Positions 53,459 through 61,975 of a stretch of 61,975 bases of DNA are shown in pieces. Source of the stretch: Ancylonema sp. (Eukaryota); NCBI GenBank assembly GCA_050230475.1, contig JBFLGF010000114.1, positions 1 through 61,975 on the forward strand, in the 5' to 3' direction. A model generated the notes under the pieces. That model did no database searches, was not told the origin of the DNA, and was given only the letters and a program-made list of their open reading frames with translations. The position numbers and the translations under genes are program-made. Position 1 is the stretch's first letter; each line of letters begins with the position of its first letter.

Positions 53459-53750
53459 CTATACAGTGTATAGTGACATCCCTAACATTCGATATGGTGA
53501 CACTAAATCCCCATGTCTCTAAATTTGTCACTATATCGAGACTGTAGCTAGGTTCCCTATCAGAAGGTTCTATGGCAGAGACCTTTGGCAGTAACAGCTT
53601 GCCAACTTGCAGTGCTGTCGCGGGTCGCTATTTGACAAAAATCGATTAGAGACTGATCAGTACAACTCTTTAGACGATCTCTAGGGTTCTGTTTATTGCA
53701 CTGACTGTAGAAGCTATCCTACAAGCTCTCTACAACGCGCTTCGGAAATA

Positions 53751-56700
53751 ATGGGTTCGAGTGAGACGACGAGGGGGATTTTCCACCAGCTCGTCTTCCT
53801 AATGGCTTCATTTGGCCTGTCCGCGCTACTCGCGAAGCTCGTGCTTAGCTCACTCGATTTGAACCATGAAAATCCTAAAGCTGCTGGAAAGCGACGGCGA
53901 GATATACAAAGACGTTTTGGGAAGGCGATTACCACCAACCAGTATGAGGTAAACTCGTTGAGCCAAGTGAGGAGGATAACACGAGAACAACAAGAACCGT
54001 CCCTCATTCAATTTGTTTTAGATTCGTCTGATATTCAAGTCGTGCAACCCTCGCCTTCTCTGTCTGTTGCGTATGTATGATACAATTATGTGGAGTGTCT
54101 ATGAGCTGAATCATCCATAACATCGTCGTCAACGCCAACACATAGTGGTGATTTGTACCCTTAATAAGTTTTTCCCGTCAACCTTTTTTCCGGCTCTCAG
54201 TTTGTGCAGATCCAACAATGCTACGGGTCATCAATTCGAGTCATTAATTCGTCTTTGTAGATAAAGTCTAGCTTTCTCCAGTCTCCTGCAGCTTCCAATC
54301 TCTATCATCGCAACATATATTTCGCTAATTTCTCACCCTTCTTCCCATCACAGCACTTTCCTCTTCGTTTCAACTTGTTGTCTGTCGTCCCCTCCGATCG
54401 CAGGATCAAATTCTCGCGGATGTGGTGAGGCCCGAGGACATTGACGTGACCCTTGACTCCATCGGTGGTCTGACAAAGGAAAAGGAAAAGTTGCGCAACC
54501 TCGTCATTCTGCCGCTAGAGCGGCCTGACTTGTTCAGAGGGACATTTGGCAAGTGAGTCATGCGAGAAGACGGGAGGTTTGCGCCAGTTGTGAAGCTCTA
54601 TGGTTAAGATGGGCTTCTCCTGAACCCTGCCTAAACCTCAAGGCTTCACATGTAGCATGGAGCTTGGCTGAACAGAAAGCCTTCGCTCTAGATAGGAAAG
54701 GACAACACCCAAACAGCTAGTAACGAGAAGATTTCTGCTACATTAGTGGGCCACGAATTTGTGCGTCCTGAATCCTAGACTCGTGTTTGTCGATCTCAAC
54801 CCTTGCAGTCCCACCCGAGGCGTTTTGCTGCATGGTCCTCCTGGGACCGGCAAAACTCTTCTGGCAAAAGCGTTGGCAAAGGAGTCCGGCGCTGCGTTTG
54901 TAAATGTGCGCGTCTCCTACCTCATGAGCAAATGGTTTGGGGACGGCGCTAAACTAGGTGAGAGGCTTGGGGCTTGGGGGGGAGTATTGCCAAGGGGCGA
55001 AACGAATGGGGGCAAAAGAACTGGCGAATTGATATTGCTTGTGAATTGGTTTCGTTGGCTTCAACTAGCGGGATTGGTACTTGACTGAACTGGGGGTGTC
55101 TCTGTTTGTTTGCAGTGAATGCTCTGTTCACACTGGCTGAGAAGTTGAAGCCCTCTATCATATTCGTGGACGAAGCAGAGAGTTTTTTAGGGCGAAGAGA
55201 TGAGAGAGACCACGAGGCCTCTTCCACCATGAAGACGGAGTTCCTTCAGATGTGGGATGGATTCAGCACGAATCGTAAGCTTCAGGATTTGAGGCCGAAG
55301 AACAAGAAATAAGAAGAAATAATCCATATAAAGAAGACTACTTCTGACGATTAGTCCTTTTTGTAAAAAAGAAAGCTACTCTTGGATGGTTGTGATTTTC
55401 TTTGCGCATGATGTGTATCGTATCTATCATTTAGATGCTCCGTTTAGTGTTTTCTGCCAGGTGCACAAACAAGAGGATGAGTGTGTATACCCTGAATTCT
55501 TACATGAGGCACATGAGGGGAAAGTAATCATACAAGAGAGGAAGATGGGAGGGTGACATTTTCTTCTTATTTATAGCCACCAACCAGTACGGACAGCCTT
55601 TTTTACCCCTAAAATGGCTGCAAATTGATTTGAAATCCGGAGATATAAGCCACCCAGATAATGATGAACAATCAATATTCTGACTATGTACAATCGCTAT
55701 ATATTTCTAGCCAGTTGTGGTTGTAGAGAGGTTTGACGTTAGTGTAGAAGTTCAGAGGGGCACACATCTTCCTGCCATATCAAACCTCTCTGACACGTGT
55801 GGGGCGGTGGGTGGGGGCAGAATCTTCTCGGGTTATAGTTCTGTGTGCGACTAACCGCCCCTCGAGTCTGGACGAAGCGGTTCTGAGGCGGTTGCCCAGC
55901 CAGTTTGAAGTACCAATGCCGAATTTGGAGGGGAGGGTGTCGATTCTTAAACTGTTGTTCAAGCCTGACAGACTGGGGGTAAGAGAAAGATCGCTCGTTT
56001 GCCTGTGTGCGTATACATACACCTGCTTCCAAATTTGTGCATCCAAATATCAATGCATGGGTGCAAATGTTCGTATGGGGAAGAGATGATATGGGACTCC
56101 CGAGTGCCAAGTAGTCAGAACAAGCTTCTTGTGCTTCCTGAAGCAAGACAGGAAAAATTGTGTACGTCATACATACCAAAAGAGAAGAAAACTCTTTGTG
56201 GCTGGGGGGTGGTGTTCAGGATGGTGGAGTGGAGATGGAGGATGGGGATGTGAGGGAGGTGGCGAAAGCAGCCAAGGGTTTGAGTGGGTCGGATTTGAAG
56301 GAGGTGTGCAGCCAGGCGCAGATGAGGGCGGTTACGGATCTGCTCCAGGAGGAGAGCGAGAGGAGAGCGAGGGGGGAGGATTGGAGGGGGTATACCGTGA
56401 GGGAGGATGGGGGGGTGGAGATTGCAGAGGAGGTAAGGAGACGATTATTTTTGGTTTAACTTCCCCTAGTCTGCTTTCCTGAATCTTGCCGTGGTAGCTG
56501 TGGTAGTAAATCGTTGTAGTTGAATGTTCTTGGTATATGCGCAATTTCTGGCCCTGGTTAGGTTAAATGTTCGGAAAGTCTTGCTTCACGTACTCGTGAA
56601 GTATTTATTTTGGAGTGGTTAGCTTACTTTTACCCTGATTGGCATCTTGCCAGAGTCAACTACGGCCGTTGACCAAAAACGACTTCCTAGAGGGCCTACG

Positions 56701-56956
56701 GGAGTTCAAACCCGCCACCCATCGTGCCTACGAGTGCCATGAGGAGTGCACAGACGAAGACACAATTTATGAGGATGGAGTGTCGGTAGGAGAGAGAACT
56801 GGTCAGGGAAGGGCGCTCTCAAGGCTTGATTCTCCGGAAAGCCTCGTGGAGGCTCTTTTGCAAAATGGTTTGCTGAAATTACATGCACATAATGGTGCAA
56901 ACGGATTGAGTAAAAGAGGAGGTGGGAGTGGTGACGGAGATTCGAGTAGCTGCTAG
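53751..56956 (+). CDS. MSP1: Msp1/ATAD1-family membrane-anchored AAA+ ATPase; 7 exons
   Basis: N-terminal TM helix, [21 protein letters not shown], Walker A GPPGTGKT, pore loop MSKWFGD, Walker [29 protein letters not shown]...AVLRRLP and SGSDL. Splice phases are consistent. Confidence 0.9.
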
Positions 56957-57468
56957 TTGGGTTGCACTCATTGTTTTATTTTTTGCTTATGGTTTTGTCA
57001 CTCTTTCTCTATTTAGAAAATGTAAATATGTGTACTAAGTACAATTATGAGTGAGAAAACATTTGGTGTCGCACAACTCGTTGTGCAATTGAAAAAATTA
57101 TGGCAAATGTGCATTGGCTTGTATCCGCACCTTTTCCAATTCAAAAGTTACATATTTGTAGTGATACATGTCACAAATTCATATGAACTTTGAGCACCTT
57201 ATATTTCATTTGGATGTAATGCGTCATCATTCTATTGATTGCATGAAGCACGCATAACAAGGTGCATCATGCAAACGAGTCATAACTCCTACTTTTTAGC
57301 AATACGGTCCCTTTCTTGACTACGCATTCATTCAGCTTACTTCCTATACACTAAACATTGTTGAATTTTGTTAACTTGTAGAAGATTTGGCACTAGTATA
57401 AACGACACCCAAACACTACCAAGTAATCGCCACTTCCTTCCGCGTCCCTAGCATCTACCTTTGCATCC

Positions 57469-59185
<1,717 letters not shown>

Positions 59186-60712
59186 AATTGTTTCCGCTCC
59201 GAATCTGAGGAAAAATCACGTCGCAAAATGATCCACTGCTACGTTCACTTACCACTCTCTACTATGATAAACATCCTTACAAGAGCTTAAATCATGAATT
59301 TCCTACTTCCCATTTCTGACTCCTGGTCCGGAAAAGACATAAGTAGGCAAACGGACGAAGCCACTGATTGCTAGCCTCGGCATGAAACACATTTCTGGAC
59401 CAAGTGCTTTGCGTCTCTGCATAAAGTGTCAGTCTGGTTTCTGTTATCAGCGCTGAATTCACAAGGAACCCTGTCAGGAAGGGCTCCATTGACGGTCCGC
59501 ACAAGCTGCTGCCGACGACCTCCGTAGGCTTCCAGCTGCGGTTGTTGAACTCGGTTACTACCCCAGACGGATCCGGGCTCAACATCAGGGCCCACCGCCC
59601 AGATCGGAGCCCGGAGCCATGAGCAGCCTAAATTTCAAATAATAATGAAGTTTGGAAGAAAATTAAAAATAAATATAAAAATATAACTTCCAATTGCGGG
59701 ACTTATAGCTGTCTTAAATCTGCGCAATCCAAATTGTTGAAAGGGGGTACGTACACGTGAATCTCGTTATTTTATCAAGTAGCGCACGTCATATTGCTTA
59801 CATGAAAAACATGGATTTCGTTTCAATAAAATACAAATGGTAAAAAAAAAGAGAAACAAAAACAAAAAAGAAACACATTGAAGCCATGGTCGTTCACGTC
59901 AACAATACTGAAATCACTAGTTCATTCCAACACCATTGTTCCACCAAACAAGTGATGCAACCGGCTACAACAGAAATGCCTTGGAGACATCCATTGGCCC
60001 TAAAAAGGTTTTGAATACTGCGCCCAATATACATTTGTTGTTCGTGCCCGGAATCGCAACATTGTTGGTCACGTCATTGTCATCCGGGGGTAGAGTGGAG
60101 CGCACAATCTCATTCTACACTTCACATAAATCCTACAATCCCTCCACAAGATGTGGGTCAATCTCATTAGTGTGTCTGTGGTCGCCCATGTTAATGTCGG
60201 GATGAGAACTTCGTTGATTACTAGCTCATAAATCTAGAGGTTAGAATGGTTCAAATAGTAAAGATGATTGCCTTATATCCGATATTTTAAAGGAACTTGA
60301 AATGTCGCCAAAAACGAATACCTGTGAGCTTTCCCTACACTTATAGGACTACGTAGAAGCCTCAATGGCTACTTGATTTCCCTAATATGATTTTGTTTTT
60401 GGTGGCTTATAAATCTTGCCACAAGATTCATTTTTTTTCCCGTTTTTTATTTATTTATTTTGGTTTTCTGATTTTGGGCTCGGAGCCCTCATCTAAGCCC
60501 AGATCCGGGGTGCGATCATGTAATCTAACCCCTTTGCTTGGGGATCTTTCTTTCGGGGCGGATCCACCAGATTTTGCATAAAGCTTTTGAAGTCGCAACC
60601 GACGGAAACATGGAACATGCATTTACTTGTTGGATTCACGTCTCACTAGTGTAGGTCATAGTGGGGAAAAAAAAAAAAAAAAAAAAAGTCAGGCCGATCT
60701 TTCTTTTACTTA

Positions 60713-61286
60713 CACTTAAAATTGTCTTAACTAATACTGACTTAATTAATAACGTATCTTAATTGATAAAACTTCCCGGTCCCGACCTTGGGCGAGTGTA
60801 GTTATTTATAAACATCTCAAACGTGATACCTAATAATTTTTCCGGGTCCCGCCTATATGATAATTAACGTGCTAATTAATAATATACAGATTCCGTACGT
60901 CTTCGTATAAAATATTTGTACGAATAAGGGATTACAAAGGTGAGGGAGGGGGATAAAATAAAACAACCGAAAAACAAACCAGGTTTTTCTTACAAAAAAC
61001 CGAATTCTAGAAAGAAAAAAAAAAAAAAAAAAAAAAAGTAATGTGGGTACCAATATGTAGGGTTGGCTCTTGGTAGAATTACGTCTACATCATTATAATT
61101 ATGATTATGACTATGTGAAAATTCACGTTTGGTTTGATTCCGACCTGGATATTAGCCTGTTGCCCCTCGTATTCACATAGAAGCTAGTTTCAAGTTATTT
61201 AGAACCGATCCTGTCTTAGGTAATTATCTATCTTAATTGATAATATTTTCCGGTCCCGATAGTATTCATTAAGAAAAGTTTTATTG
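60713..61286. mobile_element. Second, more diverged Emigrant-like MITE copy
   Basis: Colinear with 10544-11104 (for example GGGCGAGTGTA, CTCAAACGTGATA, GTTGCCCCTCGTATTCACATA); TA-flanked degenerate TIRs. Confidence 0.85.
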
Positions 61287-61975
61287 TATTGATTTTGTTC
61301 GCATCATCCTCAAAATTCCGACCAGATTTCTACCCCGGTTGGGACTGCTCTCTTCTCCGCTCGGGGCGCTATGTCAATGACCTCGTTTACCAGTTCAGAA
61401 TGATACAATCTCGCCTCGATGATAGTAGCCCTCGCTCTAGCATTATTCTTCTCACCAAACTCAGATACCGCCACGTTCCATTCCTACTGTAACTTACCCT
61501 CGTTAAAGTATACATAGTAACATGCGCTAGAGTGACCCACCAAATCCTGATTGTGCCTTTATATTGAGGGGAAATGTAAATTAGCTAAAGTGAACACCCT
61601 GTTGTGCTCGGAACACGTCCAATGTTATAACTAGTGTTTGTGTTTTCGATTTCGATTCCGTATGAATGCTGTTGTATATTTTAGATGCGTCAGAGGCGAT
61701 TGCGTCCCGAGAGATCCGACCGCGCTCTAGACGCCTTCGTGAATCTCTCGAGCGGTGCGGACCCACATACAATAAAGAATCAAAATTTCATATTCCCGGG
61801 ATGTACGAACTTCAAACATCCCTCGGGAGTTTTGTTAGAAACAAGTTGGCGAAACTCATTTTCGCTTTTTGCTTCTCAATCCGCCTCCATAATGCCGCTA
61901 TAAAGCGAAACAATGTCACTTGGGCCCGCGGCCTCTCCGGCTTCTACGCAGTCCCCCCTCTCCTGCTCCCTCCCT

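Larger units (their letters stand above)
51086..53544. mobile_element. Pogo-like MITE (relative of 33063-33622) interrupted by a hAT-like element
   Basis: TIRs CAGTCTTGATATAGTGACA / TGTCACTATATCGAGACTG. Outer parts align with the 33063 copy. Confidence 0.85.

Overview
Eukaryotic, intron-rich genomic DNA from a green-lineage organism. Gene content and intron positions are plant-like; a streptophyte alga is likely, but that is inference. Recognisable spliced genes: a coiled-coil/EH-like protein, an AT2G15860-like protein, two FabG-like SDRs (one truncated by a transposon), CAP (cyclase-associated protein), a tail-anchored MDAR carrying several apparent lesions, an At3g59300/At3g49140-like protein, Msp1/ATAD1 and VPS29, plus an intronless divergent AP2/ERF gene. 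Intergenic DNA is packed with nested non-autonomous DNA transposons: pogo/Emigrant-like TA-flanked MITEs and two hAT-like families with 8-bp TSDs. The most interesting signal is a hAT-like family whose copies share termini but carry different cargo. The 3.2-kb copy (15553-18752) appears to carry two consecutive exons plus the intervening intron of the meiotic gene ZIP4/SPO22/TEX11, further exon-like pieces and a GCTCTG minisatellite, and its left end replaces the C-terminus of an SDR. This is Pack-MULE-like gene capture by a hAT-like element. All homology calls come from motif recognition and recalled family sequences; no searches were run.
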